64,000 bases of DNA from Pirellulales bacterium (GTDB taxonomy: Bacteria; Planctomycetota; Planctomycetia; Pirellulales; PALSA-1355), in the NCBI GenBank assembly GCA_022844125.1, contig JALHMI010000004.1, positions 226,777 through 290,776 on the forward strand, written 5' to 3'. The translations under genes were made by a program, and so were the position numbers. Below are positions 26,852 to 36,685 of the stretch, piece by piece. The notes under the pieces are model-generated. The model did not search any database and was not told where the DNA came from. It saw only the letters and a program-made list of their open reading frames with translations. The first letter of the stretch is position 1. Each line of letters begins with the position of its first letter.

Positions 26852-27520
26852 GTGATGGGAGCGGGGGGCACTATGCGAAAACCCGGCCAGCTCCAATCGA
26901 CCCGAGTGGGGCGGTTTCCGATCCTCTTGCAGGCAGCGCGTAAAGGGTCAGAGGAGGCGCTCGGCCAGTTGCTCGATGCCTATCGATCCTTTCTGCTGTC
27001 CGTCGCCACGTCTCATTTTGACTCCGATCTCAAGGCGAAAGCAGGGCCTTCGGATGTTGTGCAAGAGACGTTCCTGGACGCTTACAAGGACTTCGCCCGC
27101 TTCAAGTCGAACACAGACGAAGAGCTTCGGATATGGCTTCACACGCTCTTGATGAACAACCTGGCCGACCTTCGAAAACGGTACCTGAAGTCAGCCAGCC
27201 GTCAGGTCAAGCGCGAGCGCCCCATCGCCACAAGTGAGTCCAAAGAGTTTGCACGACAGATTATCGACCGCGACGGACACACCCCCAATACCGAAGCTGT
27301 TTCGAAGGAGATGGCCGCGCGCGTCGAAGCGGCACTTCAAGAGTTATCGCCTGCATACCGTATGGTCATTGTGATGCGAAATCACGATCGGCGGTCCTTC
27401 GCCGATATCGGTAAGGCGATGAACAAATCAGCGGATGCCGCCCGGATGCTTTGGAAACGTGCTGTATTGAGGCTCAGACAGCAATTGGGGGAAATCGATG
27501 ACAACCGCAGAGCCACATGA
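26852..27520 (+). CDS. ECF-type RNA polymerase sigma-70 family factor
   Basis: It has a region 2 (DVVQETFLDAYKDFARF) and a region 4 HTH (SFADIGKAMNKSADAARMLWKRAVLRLRQ). The exact start is uncertain. Confidence 0.8.
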   Translation: MMGAGGTMRKPGQLQSTRVGRFPILLQAARKGSEEALGQLLDAYRSFLLSVATSHFDSDLKAKAGPSDVVQETFLDAYKDFARFKSNTDEELRIWLHTLLMNNLADLRKRYLKSASRQVKRERPIATSESKEFARQIIDRDGHTPNTEAVSKEMAARVEAALQELSPAYRMVIVMRNHDRRSFADIGKAMNKSADAARMLWKRAVLRLRQQLGEIDDNRRAT

Positions 27521-30170
27521 CCGCCGGGTCGATGGCGTGGCAACTACCGATGTCGCGTCGTGGCTTGCGACAGAAATGCGGGCCGCTTGCGAGGAGCCCT
27601 TGGACTCAAGCCTCTCCAATGATTCCGCGGTCAAGGCAATCAAGGAATGTGCCCAATTGCTAAGCCGCGTTTGGCCTCTTGGCGGTGCTTCAGGCGAGCA
27701 ACTTCGCTCCGACCGCCCCGCGGAAGGCGTCGATTCTCAGACGATATCGCCCAACTTGTGCGCTGATCTCAGAGGCGATGAGCGCCTCGGACGTTTTGAG
27801 ATTCGCAAACAACTCGGGTATGGCGGCTTCGGCGTTGTGTTTCTCGCCTTCGATCCGCACCTTGGCCGCGAGGCCGCGCTGAAGATTCCAAGGCCCGAAA
27901 TACTCGTGTCATCGCAGTTGCGTCAACGGTTCCTTCGCGAAGCGCACGCCGCCGCACTGCTTGATCACCCAGGCATCGTGCCGATTTATGAGACAGGTGA
28001 GATTGGTCCCATCACCTATATCCTCAGCGCCTACTGCAAAGGACCGACGCTGGCCGCGTGGCTAAAGGAGCGTACCGACCCTGCTACCGCCTTGATCGCC
28101 GCAAGAGTCACTGCGTGTTTGGCCGACGCTGTGCAACATGCACACGACCGAGGTGTCTTGCACCGTGACCTCAAGCCGGCAAATGTCCTTTTGGAGCCGG
28201 GTGAAGGCCTGACTGCGGACTTTCCTTTCTATCCGCGCTTGAGTGACTTTGGGCTGGCGAAGCGCATTGAGTCGACCAACGACTTAACACAGGCGGGTGC
28301 ACTTCTGGGCACGCCTCGGTACATGGCCCCAGAGCAGGCGAGAGGAGATGAACGAAGCGTCGGTGTCCAGACGGACGTCTACTCGCTGGGGATCATCCTC
28401 TATGAGCTTCTGGCCGGAGCGCCGCCAATCATCGGAGGAACAGACCTAGAGACTCTTCGAAAGATTGAGGAAGAGGGGCCATCGGTAGGCCCTCTAAGGA
28501 ACCGATCAGTTCCCGCTGACTTGGAAACGATCTGCCTCAAGTGCCTGGAGAAGCAACCAGCCGGCCGCTATCAGTCCGCTCGCGAATTGGCAGACGATCT
28601 ACGCCGTTTTCTGGCCGGCGATCCCGTACATGCAAGACCGATTGGAGTTCGGGAGCGTCTTGTGCGGTGGTGTTACCGAAAACCTGTGGTAGCGGCCCTT
28701 ACGGTAGGGCTAGCAGCAGCGATCACTGCCGGCGGCATTGCAGCGTCAACACAGTGGCTGCGGGCCGAGCGTAATCTGGTAGCCGCCCGAGAGTCTGAAC
28801 AGCAAGAACAACTTCACCTCGACCAAGCTGAAAAGGCGCTTTTCGAGTTTGCCTGGATCATTGAGGAAAGCTCGCTGTGGAGTGACACGTCCACGTCGGT
28901 TCGAGCCGAGATCGAGGGGCGCCTCAACAAGTACTACAACAGCCACATAGAAACAACTGAAGCTACTCCCCTTTCCGCAGCTATTGAATCATTCTCTGCC
29001 CGATCCGGAGCGCTCAGTGGACAGAATCCCACGCTTGTTGCCGACCAATTTGAGCGCGCCCTGAAGGCATGGTCCGTGGTGTTGTCCGCAAATCCCACGT
29101 CGGCTGAATACCCCCGTGCATATGGCTTGTGCATTTTCAATTACGCACAGTTTCTTTCGCGCGAGGCCGAAAAGGCTGGCGAGGCAGATACGATGACGCC
29201 AATACGTCAACTCATTGCGAGAACCGCAAAAGAGTCTGCACAGGGCGGCCGCGTCCTCTCCACTTTAGCAACTGTGTTGCTGGAGCGAGGAGATATGCAT
29301 TACAACGACCGCGAAGAGCGTCAAGCCCGACAGGCACACGCCGTCGGACTGCTGGCTGCCGAGGAGCTTATACGTCTCTCTTCTAGTCCCGAATACTCGC
29401 TTCTCGCCGCGCGGCTCTATCGAGCCGTGGGCAGCGATCTACGCCGAGCTAATGACGTGCCCGGAGCTTTGCAGTCGGTGCATCGGTCGCGCGAGTTGTT
29501 AGAGCAACTGCCTGCTGAGGATCCGCCCAATCAACATCGGATGGAGGAGCAAGCTGAAGTATATCGACTAATTGGCTTTATGGAGCGAGGTCAAAAGCGC
29601 TACCCGATCGCCCTGGACTGGCTAGGCCAAGCAGTGCGCCTGAACGAGCAACTCGTTGCCGCCAATCGGAACCAATCGTCTTTAATGCGTCTCGCTTCAT
29701 CCCTCGACAACATCGCATCGGTTCATGCTGCCCTCGGACGGAACGACGATGAGTTCAAGGCATTGCGCCAATGCAGGGAAACCATGCGCGAAGCCCTCGC
29801 AATGGGCGACTCTCTGAATCCGCAGGCAAAACGATTCGGCCAGGTTTGTCATCGGCTTGGCAAGCTGGCGAACGAGTTGGGAGATAGTGAGACAGCACGT
29901 TCGGCCTTTGAAGAAGGTGCAGCAGCTTTCGAGAAACTCGCGACTGAGAGAGATCTAACCGCGGACGGGACGCTCAATCGGGCAGAGTGCCACGCGTTTC
30001 TCGCGGCGCACTTGGCAGCGGCTGGCGAAAGGGAGGCAGCAATCGCCTCATATGAGTTAGCCGTGAATTTGCTTAAGCGGACCGGAACCCCTTCTGATGC
30101 CGATCCGAGGCACAAAGATCGATATCGCAAGACGTTGGCATCATTGAATGCGCTGAAGGCGCAGCCCTGA
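27498..30170 (+). CDS. Ser/Thr protein kinase with a TM segment and a TPR-like C-terminal region
   Basis: Kinase motifs are LGYGGFGVVFLA, ALKIPR, HRDLKPANVLL, DFGLAK and GTPRYMAPE. A hydrophobic segment VVAALTVGLAAAITAGGIAA follows, and then long helical repeats. It overlaps the sigma factor gene by 23 nt. Confidence 0.85.
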   Translation: MTTAEPHDRRVDGVATTDVASWLATEMRAACEEPLDSSLSNDSAVKAIKECAQLLSRVWPLGGASGEQLRSDRPAEGVDSQTISPNLCADLRGDERLGRFEIRKQLGYGGFGVVFLAFDPHLGREAALKIPRPEILVSSQLRQRFLREAHAAALLDHPGIVPIYETGEIGPITYILSAYCKGPTLAAWLKERTDPATALIAARVTACLADAVQHAHDRGVLHRDLKPANVLLEPGEGLTADFPFYPRLSDFGLAKRIESTNDLTQAGALLGTPRYMAPEQARGDERSVGVQTDVYSLGIILYELLAGAPPIIGGTDLETLRKIEEEGPSVGPLRNRSVPADLETICLKCLEKQPAGRYQSARELADDLRRFLAGDPVHARPIGVRERLVRWCYRKPVVAALTVGLAAAITAGGIAASTQWLRAERNLVAARESEQQEQLHLDQAEKALFEFAWIIEESSLWSDTSTSVRAEIEGRLNKYYNSHIETTEATPLSAAIESFSARSGALSGQNPTLVADQFERALKAWSVVLSANPTSAEYPRAYGLCIFNYAQFLSREAEKAGEADTMTPIRQLIARTAKESAQGGRVLSTLATVLLERGDMHYNDREERQARQAHAVGLLAAEELIRLSSSPEYSLLAARLYRAVGSDLRRANDVPGALQSVHRSRELLEQLPAEDPPNQHRMEEQAEVYRLIGFMERGQKRYPIALDWLGQAVRLNEQLVAANRNQSSLMRLASSLDNIASVHAALGRNDDEFKALRQCRETMREALAMGDSLNPQAKRFGQVCHRLGKLANELGDSETARSAFEEGAAAFEKLATERDLTADGTLNRAECHAFLAAHLAAAGEREAAIASYELAVNLLKRTGTPSDADPRHKDRYRKTLASLNALKAQP

Positions 30171-30505
30171 CCATGTTACTTTGAGTGCGGATCAGCCCAC
30201 CGCCGTTCCAGTCAACCAACCCGCAGCGAAGTGTTGTAACCTAGGCAGCGCCCGGCCCGCGGCGAACCTTGGGACTATCGCCTGATCTCGTCTCCCCAAG
30301 ACGCCACCTCGTCCAAGGCGCATCCGCACCCCGTTGTCCACGTTAGGTACTTTAGCGACTACCGAGCTTGCGGCCGAGAGGTCTTCCTTGCCGGCCACCT
30401 CAGCATCCGGTCGTCGGAGTTGGGAGTCCACGTCTTCAGCAAATACTAGTCTAGCCCTTTGGGCCGTCGCCCTACCGGCCGCAACAAGGCTCGCGACAGC
30501 CCCCT

Positions 30506-33500
30506 CTACGAACTCGCGACTACCGAGAATCCCACTTTGAATGTCTCCATCAGGTAGTTTTCGGTGACTGCCAGCAGTTGCAGCTGTTCTGATGAGATGG
30601 CCGCCTTGGACACACCTGGTTGAACGATGACGATGCCAAGAGTAACGGGGCAAAGGCGGCTTTTTTCGATGATTCGGTCGAGATCGTCTTCAGTGCCGAC
30701 CTCGAAGCGTGACTGCTTACGGGCTTTTTCTCTGCGCATCAGATGCAAGAAGAGTTCCGTCGGTTGCTGCATCCAACGTACGCTTCGCTGTGCTTGTCCG
30801 CAGAGTTCGTAAAGGTCCTTGACCCTTGCACCCGCCTGCGGACCACCAGAGAACTTGCAATGCCAGAACTCAACATCAATGGATGACTCTGTTTCCCGGA
30901 TCCCGACGACATCGGCGGCCTCGCCGCTTCCATCGTCGTCCAAGATTGCTGTAAAGTCTCTGGCCTTTAGCTCTTCGATCACTCGAAACTGGATTGTGCC
31001 CGATTTTCGCGTTGGGCCTTGCGACTCCCGCCGAATGTCGACGCCCGTCCAATTCCACACTTCGATGCGGCTTTTGGGAAACGGTGGAGGCAGATGGCGC
31101 AACTCGACCAGCTCGTTTCCGCGCAGCGATGAGCCATCAGCAAACCAGATTGCAGGCGGCGTCGCCGTTAGAAACTCAGCGAGCGTCGTCTCATGTCCAC
31201 CATGCGTAATCTTTGCATCGCCTGCGCTTCGCTGCGTGAACACAAAATCGACTTCCTCCCCGCTCCCAGTGAGCTCAAGTTCGAAAACGGCACGATGCTT
31301 GTCACCTGCAATGGCAACGCGTAACGGCCCCTCCTCTGAAGGATCCTCTATCTCAATGTCCACTTCGTGGAGATAGAATGACTCTGCGCCCAACTGGAAC
31401 TGGACTGCGGTTTCGCTCTCGGTGTAGAACGCTTCTGGCCATTCCGCCGCGATGGGCATGCCTGCCGGGCGCGTGGAAACCATTCTAGGTTGCAGTGTCC
31501 CACGAAGGACCTGTTCGGGATCAAGCGACTCGTCTAAAAGCTTGGTTCCTATAGACCTGCACCATCGAGTGAATTCACGAAGGTTGGTGGTTTGGCGCGA
31601 CCAGATACGACCCTTGTAGGAGCAGCCGATGCTCGTTCGGTGTCCGTCTTCAAAACCCGTTCCGAAGAGATTCGATTTGATCGCCTTGCGTTTCTGTGCC
31701 TCAGAGAGGCCTCCTTCCACGTCGGAGCCGGCCCGCATCGTAAAACGTATGAGCCGACCGAGCGTTTCTATCAGCCCAACATTCTGAAGTCTTAGGCGGT
31801 TCACAGTGGCAAGGCAGCGAAAGATCTCGGCGCCGCGAATAGGGGTCGCCTTTCCTGCAACCGCCTTCGCCAGATCGCGAAAAAACCCCTTGTTGCTCGA
31901 ATTGTGGATAAAGAGGAGCTGTCGTTCCTGATGCCAGAACAGAATGTAGAGCTGCCAGTCCCACGAATAGATCTCGTCAACTCGTGCCCATTCAATCGGC
32001 GCGCGCCTGGCAGTTAAGATGACCAGCGTATTCTCCGCTGGATTCACGTCATGATAGACGCGATCCAGTGTGTCGAACCCGGGAATGCCCTTTGAGAACT
32101 CCTCCGGATTCCAGTTTTCGCATTCGGTTCTGTAGGCGACCGTGCTCATCGCTGGGCGAACGTTATGAAGCGACACATCGTCAGGGAAGCTCTTGAATCC
32201 CGCGATGAATTCGCCAAGCTCGATCTCGCCCTTAATCGCCTTATCGCTGAAGTGCGGAAGCAGTGCATTCCAATCGCCATCACGCCTGTAGAGTTTGCGT
32301 AGTTCGTCCCCTACTTCTACGTCGGCAATATTTGCGATAACTGTCGCGTTACCCAGGCCAGGCTTTGCTCGCGTGAATCGGCCTGCAAGCTGCAATGTCA
32401 CTGGCAAGCTGCGTCGAACGTCGTGAAACGCTGCGATCTTGAGTTCAGGAAGGTCGAACCCTTCGCCAAGCATGTCAACGCATATGACGATCCTCGACTT
32501 ACCGGACAAAATCTGCTCCCGTATCCGAGCCCGCTCGTGCATTGACTTGATGCCGGTGTGGATCTGGACCGGCTTGAATTCTGTGTGCTTGCTATAAAGT
32601 CTGAATACCTCTTCGGCTCGCCGGACGCCACTAACTCGGGCCATTAGAATGTGCCCTTTCGAGAGATCGGCACGCAACTGCGCAACCGCCGCCTCAGCGA
32701 TAGCTGCATCACGTTTTTTTGGATCGAACTCTCGAACTGGCTTGAAATCGATCGGACGAAAATAGCCATCCTGTTGGGCCTGCCGCAGTGAATAGACGAA
32801 GATCACTTGCTCCCCAACCGGCCGCTCATCATTGCGGTAAGGAGTTGCGGTGAATTGTAGGATGCGTGTCTCGCTGAAGCATTTCTTGAAGGCCTCCCAG
32901 GTAGGCGCCCCAACGTGATGCGCTTCGTCGATGAAGAGGTGCGAGCAGTGCGCCGCCATCGCCTCCTGGAGATCCTCGGAACACTGACCGATACCGGCCA
33001 TTGTCGCGACGATCACGTTGCAACTTTCAAATAGTGCGTCAACGTCGCTCTTTGTTTTCGGCCGTCGTTTCAATATGCCGACAATCGGATTACGCGCCCC
33101 TGCCGCAATAACGCCGCATTGACGAAGAATGCCGAGCGATAAGAATTTGTCGGCGATCTGACTCCGCAGTGCATCGGTGGGAACCACGACTAGCAGCCGC
33201 TCGCATTGCGCCGCAACAAGAATCGCAAGCATCGCCTCCGTTTTTCCCGTTCCGGTTGGCATTACGATCGTTGCAGGGTTTTTATGAACCGAGAAATGTC
33301 CCAGGGCGGCATGAACTGCGCCAATTTGTGGAGGTCGCAGCCCAGGAATGTCCGCAGCCTGATCTTCCTTCTGGTACTCAAACCTCCCCGGCCAGGACTT
33401 GCGCGCTTCTGCCACCAACTCCTCCAACGACGGAGTCGCGGCCGGCAGGGATTCCAGAGCAGGATGCCGAACCCATGTGGCCGCGGAAAGTTCAATGCGG

Positions 33501-33775
33501 CGGTCTTGACTGCCGACATTAAAGCCACGGAGCTTTAGGAGATACCTGTCGCTGTATGGTTCACGTGCCGCATTGGTCATGACAACTACAGGATCGCCAA
33601 TCCCATCGCCGTCCAAGAGATATCCCTTGAGACGCCCATTCTCGTACTCGGCAATTCCGACACCACCTGTCCACTGAGGGACCAGCAACTGCTGAACGCC
33701 ATTCCCATCGCGGGAATCGTCGAGGGAGTAGAGCGCCGGAAGCGATGCCGTAATAGTGCTTGGTGCCTTGTTCAT
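30506..33775 (-). CDS. SF2 helicase (ResIII/DEAH-type) with a large C-terminal extension ending in a PD-(D/E)xK-like motif; a putative helicase-nuclease defence protein
   Basis: This is a 1089-aa ORF. Helicase motifs are VMPTGTGKTE (aa 171-180), LFIDEAHHVG, FTATPYRND, DMLGEGFDLPELK and QLAGRFTR. The C-terminal motif is GEAADVVGIRETESSIDVEFWHCKFS (D955, E969, K974 by my count), followed by LCGQAQRS. Confidence 0.75.
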   Translation of the reverse strand: MNKAPSTITASLPALYSLDDSRDGNGVQQLLVPQWTGGVGIAEYENGRLKGYLLDGDGIGDPVVVMTNAAREPYSDRYLLKLRGFNVGSQDRRIELSAATWVRHPALESLPAATPSLEELVAEARKSWPGRFEYQKEDQAADIPGLRPPQIGAVHAALGHFSVHKNPATIVMPTGTGKTEAMLAILVAAQCERLLVVVPTDALRSQIADKFLSLGILRQCGVIAAGARNPIVGILKRRPKTKSDVDALFESCNVIVATMAGIGQCSEDLQEAMAAHCSHLFIDEAHHVGAPTWEAFKKCFSETRILQFTATPYRNDERPVGEQVIFVYSLRQAQQDGYFRPIDFKPVREFDPKKRDAAIAEAAVAQLRADLSKGHILMARVSGVRRAEEVFRLYSKHTEFKPVQIHTGIKSMHERARIREQILSGKSRIVICVDMLGEGFDLPELKIAAFHDVRRSLPVTLQLAGRFTRAKPGLGNATVIANIADVEVGDELRKLYRRDGDWNALLPHFSDKAIKGEIELGEFIAGFKSFPDDVSLHNVRPAMSTVAYRTECENWNPEEFSKGIPGFDTLDRVYHDVNPAENTLVILTARRAPIEWARVDEIYSWDWQLYILFWHQERQLLFIHNSSNKGFFRDLAKAVAGKATPIRGAEIFRCLATVNRLRLQNVGLIETLGRLIRFTMRAGSDVEGGLSEAQKRKAIKSNLFGTGFEDGHRTSIGCSYKGRIWSRQTTNLREFTRWCRSIGTKLLDESLDPEQVLRGTLQPRMVSTRPAGMPIAAEWPEAFYTESETAVQFQLGAESFYLHEVDIEIEDPSEEGPLRVAIAGDKHRAVFELELTGSGEEVDFVFTQRSAGDAKITHGGHETTLAEFLTATPPAIWFADGSSLRGNELVELRHLPPPFPKSRIEVWNWTGVDIRRESQGPTRKSGTIQFRVIEELKARDFTAILDDDGSGEAADVVGIRETESSIDVEFWHCKFSGGPQAGARVKDLYELCGQAQRSVRWMQQPTELFLHLMRREKARKQSRFEVGTEDDLDRIIEKSRLCPVTLGIVIVQPGVSKAAISSEQLQLLAVTENYLMETFKVGFSVVASS

Positions 33776-33849
33776 GTCATGGCGTTCCCGACCGCTTGCA
33801 TAAGAAAAACCGCCCCCGTGATCATGAAACCGCGATGGAGCCCAACCGG

Positions 33850-34365
33850 TTATGGGTGCCGAGAAGTGCTCATTGCTAGCGGCACGAACTTCTCGCCGAC
33901 GCGGTGGAGCACCGCGCCTTCAGGCGGCCATGAATCGCAACAAGCCCTATCAAACGGCGAAGAAGCAGCCGGGCCCCAAAGGGAGGCGCAGTCGCCGCGG
34001 TCATTGTTCCAGACATAGTTGTCGTGGCCAGTGAAGAGATGGAAGTCCGCCCCTTGCAAGTCTTCCGCGCGGAGCACTGACGCCGGCCCCTTCCCGGTGT
34101 GGATTCGCATCGTTTGCGCCGCGCCAAGAGTTCCGCGAAAGCTCATCACCACCTGCCATGTACTTGATCGCCCATCGGCAGCATAGGCAATATGGCAGAG
34201 GCGAACTCCTTCCAGGTCTACCGGTCCTGTGCCCATGTTCTTGATATCTGCCCATTCGGCACCCAACTGTGTTTCGCTCGCACCATTGCGCGATCGATCT
34301 TTTCCGGCTGGGTTGGGCTTCATTCTGACCGTCTGCAGCGTCTTCATCCTTAGATCTCCCTGCAT
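33850..34365 (-). CDS. Small cytoplasmic lamin-tail-domain (LTD)-like protein
   Basis: The sequence VRMKPNPAGKDRSRNG...AEWADIKNMGTGPVDLEGVRLCH...VWNNDRGDCASLWGP fits the LTD pattern (NP.G.D ... EW+.+.N.G...VDL.G..L ... N..GD...L). No signal peptide is seen. It ends 74 nt upstream of the helicase gene on the same strand. The start could be MKTLQTV. Confidence 0.6.
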   Translation of the reverse strand: MQGDLRMKTLQTVRMKPNPAGKDRSRNGASETQLGAEWADIKNMGTGPVDLEGVRLCHIAYAADGRSSTWQVVMSFRGTLGAAQTMRIHTGKGPASVLRAEDLQGADFHLFTGHDNYVWNNDRGDCASLWGPAASSPFDRACCDSWPPEGAVLHRVGEKFVPLAMSTSRHP

Positions 34366-34470
34366 TGGGGTTGGGCCGGTGGACCACCATGGCCTCGGGC
34401 CAAGTGCCCGAATTATCGCGATTCAGATGTCCATGTCAAGTAAACGGTAAACATGCGGTCCAAAAAAATC

Positions 34471-35235
34471 TCAGGAGAAAAGGCTGCGCTCCCGCTTCGG
34501 CAGAATGAGCTTCAATTGCTGCAAACGTATCTGCATCGATACGGCCGAAACCTGAAAACGTTCCGCCAATGGCCGAGCCGCATGCTCCATGAGTCGGTCG
34601 TCCATAGCGGCATCGCCAAGGTTGATCCCGCCTCGACGGGCAAGTTCTTTGGCAAGGAATTCGTCTTGTCGAGTTCGCAACTCTTCTAGGTACATCGGCT
34701 CCATGCCGCCATGCTGCTCGTGCCACTCGCGTTTCACCATCTCACGTGGCATGAGGAGGCAGGCCGCGAAGCGATTGGCTTGGACCTCCTTTGGATCCGA
34801 CTGGCTCGACCGTAGAACGTGGTCTGGAACGGGATCTCCTGATGGCAGCAGTGGACGCTGGCCCCGACGACCAAGATAAAGGTGCCGGTGCAGCTGCCAA
34901 TGACCGAGCTCATGCGCAAGTGTGAAATGATACCGCCCGCGCATGGTGGGGAAATCTTCTGGTACAAGAGTGACGTCAACTGCGATTCGTTTTTCGTCAA
35001 ACCAGATCGCGCCGAGTACATCCCCTTCCGGGTATTCCGCTCGAAGATCTCGGTATTCCACCACGAGCTTGAAATGCTCCTGAACAATGTCATCGATCGG
35101 GACCGGCGGCACCGTTACCGGTTCGCGTGATTGGCCGTACTCAGCCAAGACGAGAGAGGCTTCGTCCTCGAACTCCTGATCGTGCATGAATCGTGGGCCG
35201 GATTTGTCGGCCGGCGAACGCCAGGTGGGCATCAT
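34471..35235 (-). CDS. ImmA/IrrE-family (COG2856) zinc metallopeptidase
   Basis: It has an HExxH motif in FTLAHELGHWQLH and the overall ImmA/IrrE layout. It overlaps the XRE gene by 4 nt. Confidence 0.8.
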   Translation of the reverse strand: MMPTWRSPADKSGPRFMHDQEFEDEASLVLAEYGQSREPVTVPPVPIDDIVQEHFKLVVEYRDLRAEYPEGDVLGAIWFDEKRIAVDVTLVPEDFPTMRGRYHFTLAHELGHWQLHRHLYLGRRGQRPLLPSGDPVPDHVLRSSQSDPKEVQANRFAACLLMPREMVKREWHEQHGGMEPMYLEELRTRQDEFLAKELARRGGINLGDAAMDDRLMEHAARPLAERFQVSAVSMQIRLQQLKLILPKRERSLFS

Positions 35236-35591
35236 GTCCCCTTTCGCTTCATTTGTTCCGCGTCTTCGCGCAATTTGCGAATCTGATCAGCGGTTAGGTT
35301 CTTCAGGGCGCGCAGAAGGTCCGGAACGTCTTTCTTCGATTGAATGATCTCTGGCAAATCCTCCGGCACACGTCCCGCTAGCGCGATCCATTCGTCTGGA
35401 TTCACGTCTAATAGCTCCGCCATCCGTTTCACCCGATCCGCAGTTGGTGGATCAACATTCATCTGCTCAACTTGTGACAAATACGTAGGACTGACCCCAA
35501 CCAACTCTGCAAACTTCCGAAGGCTGACTTCCTTTTCCATCCGTCTTGCACGGAGAGCCTCGCCAAACTTCATGCCACGATGCCTTGTCAT
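35232..35591 (-). CDS. XRE-family helix-turn-helix transcriptional regulator
   Basis: The sequence MKFGEALRARRMEKEVSLRKFAELVGVSPTYLSQVEQ is a classic XRE HTH. The track ORF starts at a GTG at 35651, which overlaps the upstream stop. The ATGs at 35591 or 35573 are more plausible starts. Confidence 0.8.
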   Translation of the reverse strand: MTRHRGMKFGEALRARRMEKEVSLRKFAELVGVSPTYLSQVEQMNVDPPTADRVKRMAELLDVNPDEWIALAGRVPEDLPEIIQSKKDVPDLLRALKNLTADQIRKLREDAEQMKRKGT

Positions 35592-35647
35592 TTTGTTCCG
35601 CAATCTACTTCGCTTGTTGCAATTCGAGTAAATCTCACGACTCACGA

Positions 35648-36682
35648 TCACCCGTCAGGCGAGTCGCCTTTTCGTGCGGACGACGCGAGGCCCTCGGCAA
35701 GCTTTCTGACCAGCTCGGCAAGTCGCACGACCGCGTTTTCTTTCACCACGAGTCGCTGTCCAATGCTGTACGTCCGGTCGGAGCACCGGTCCAAATAATC
35801 TTGGTCCACGATGCCTTCGCAATGGCTCAAAAGATGTCGTTGCTGGAAAAAGATAGTCAACTCGTCCAACTCTGACGGCGACAGGAAATCTTCGTACCTC
35901 TTGCCCGTCGCGGACCTCCAGACAGTCGTGGACTCTCCCAGATTCTGAAACAGATTGCGCCTTACCTTGACTGCCGACCTAGCCGCGAGCGGCTGAAACG
36001 TCGCTTCTGCAAATCGCTGGAAGGACGCAACAAGCTTAACCAACCCGTTCTCAAGAATCTGTCGGGCGGTGTCCGCGGCCGTATCCTTATCGGCGGCTGA
36101 TTCGACGGCGTTTTTTATCGCGGATAGATTTGCAACCGATGCTCGCACCGAATCGACGGCAGCAGCAAAGTTCGTAGGAGCGCTATTGTGGCCACAAGCT
36201 GGACAAAAGAAGGCGGCACCAACTGAACTATAGCGGCAAGCGCACGATTCGCACACGAATCGTTGCCGCATCTCTTCGGCGGCCTTCGGCGGAATTAGTA
36301 GCGTTGGACTTCCGGGCTTGACCGACATCGACATGGAAATCAGCCCACCTCGGGACTGTCGAGTATTGAATGATCGAGCATCCTCCTTCATGGCTCGATT
36401 GACGACGTTCTTCAGGTGCGCCATTGCCGTTTGCTGGATGTGCTCTTGCTGTGCCTCCGTGTTCCATTCGGTGGACACGGCCTCGTTACGACAAATCGGA
36501 CAATAGACAACTTCGTCTCGGACCTTGTCTTTCCAGTCATCAAAGACAACCTTGAATTCTGCCTGGCAGTCTTCTGACGGGCAGCGACGATCCATTTCGC
36601 CGTTCGAATCCAATGGAATCTGAATCGGCACCTTGACGCCCTTTTCAAGCTTTTTCAGTTCCTTGAGAAGCTTGTCGAACAT
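35648..36682 (-). CDS. Zinc-ribbon protein with a C-terminal HEPN-like domain (Rx4H), possibly DUF4145-like
   Basis: The N-terminal half contains Cys pairs (CPSEDC...CPICRNE; CESCAC...CPACGH). The C-terminal part contains FFQQRHLLSHCEGIVDQ, an R-x4-H motif. It sits 3 nt after hsdS and overlaps the XRE ORF. Confidence 0.5.
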   Translation of the reverse strand: MFDKLLKELKKLEKGVKVPIQIPLDSNGEMDRRCPSEDCQAEFKVVFDDWKDKVRDEVVYCPICRNEAVSTEWNTEAQQEHIQQTAMAHLKNVVNRAMKEDARSFNTRQSRGGLISMSMSVKPGSPTLLIPPKAAEEMRQRFVCESCACRYSSVGAAFFCPACGHNSAPTNFAAAVDSVRASVANLSAIKNAVESAADKDTAADTARQILENGLVKLVASFQRFAEATFQPLAARSAVKVRRNLFQNLGESTTVWRSATGKRYEDFLSPSELDELTIFFQQRHLLSHCEGIVDQDYLDRCSDRTYSIGQRLVVKENAVVRLAELVRKLAEGLASSARKGDSPDG

Positions 36683-36685
36683 GAG

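Noticed and set aside
30192-30653. A 153-aa minus-strand ORF
   Set aside because: It overlaps the 3-prime end of the helicase gene in another frame and has no motifs. It is probably spurious.
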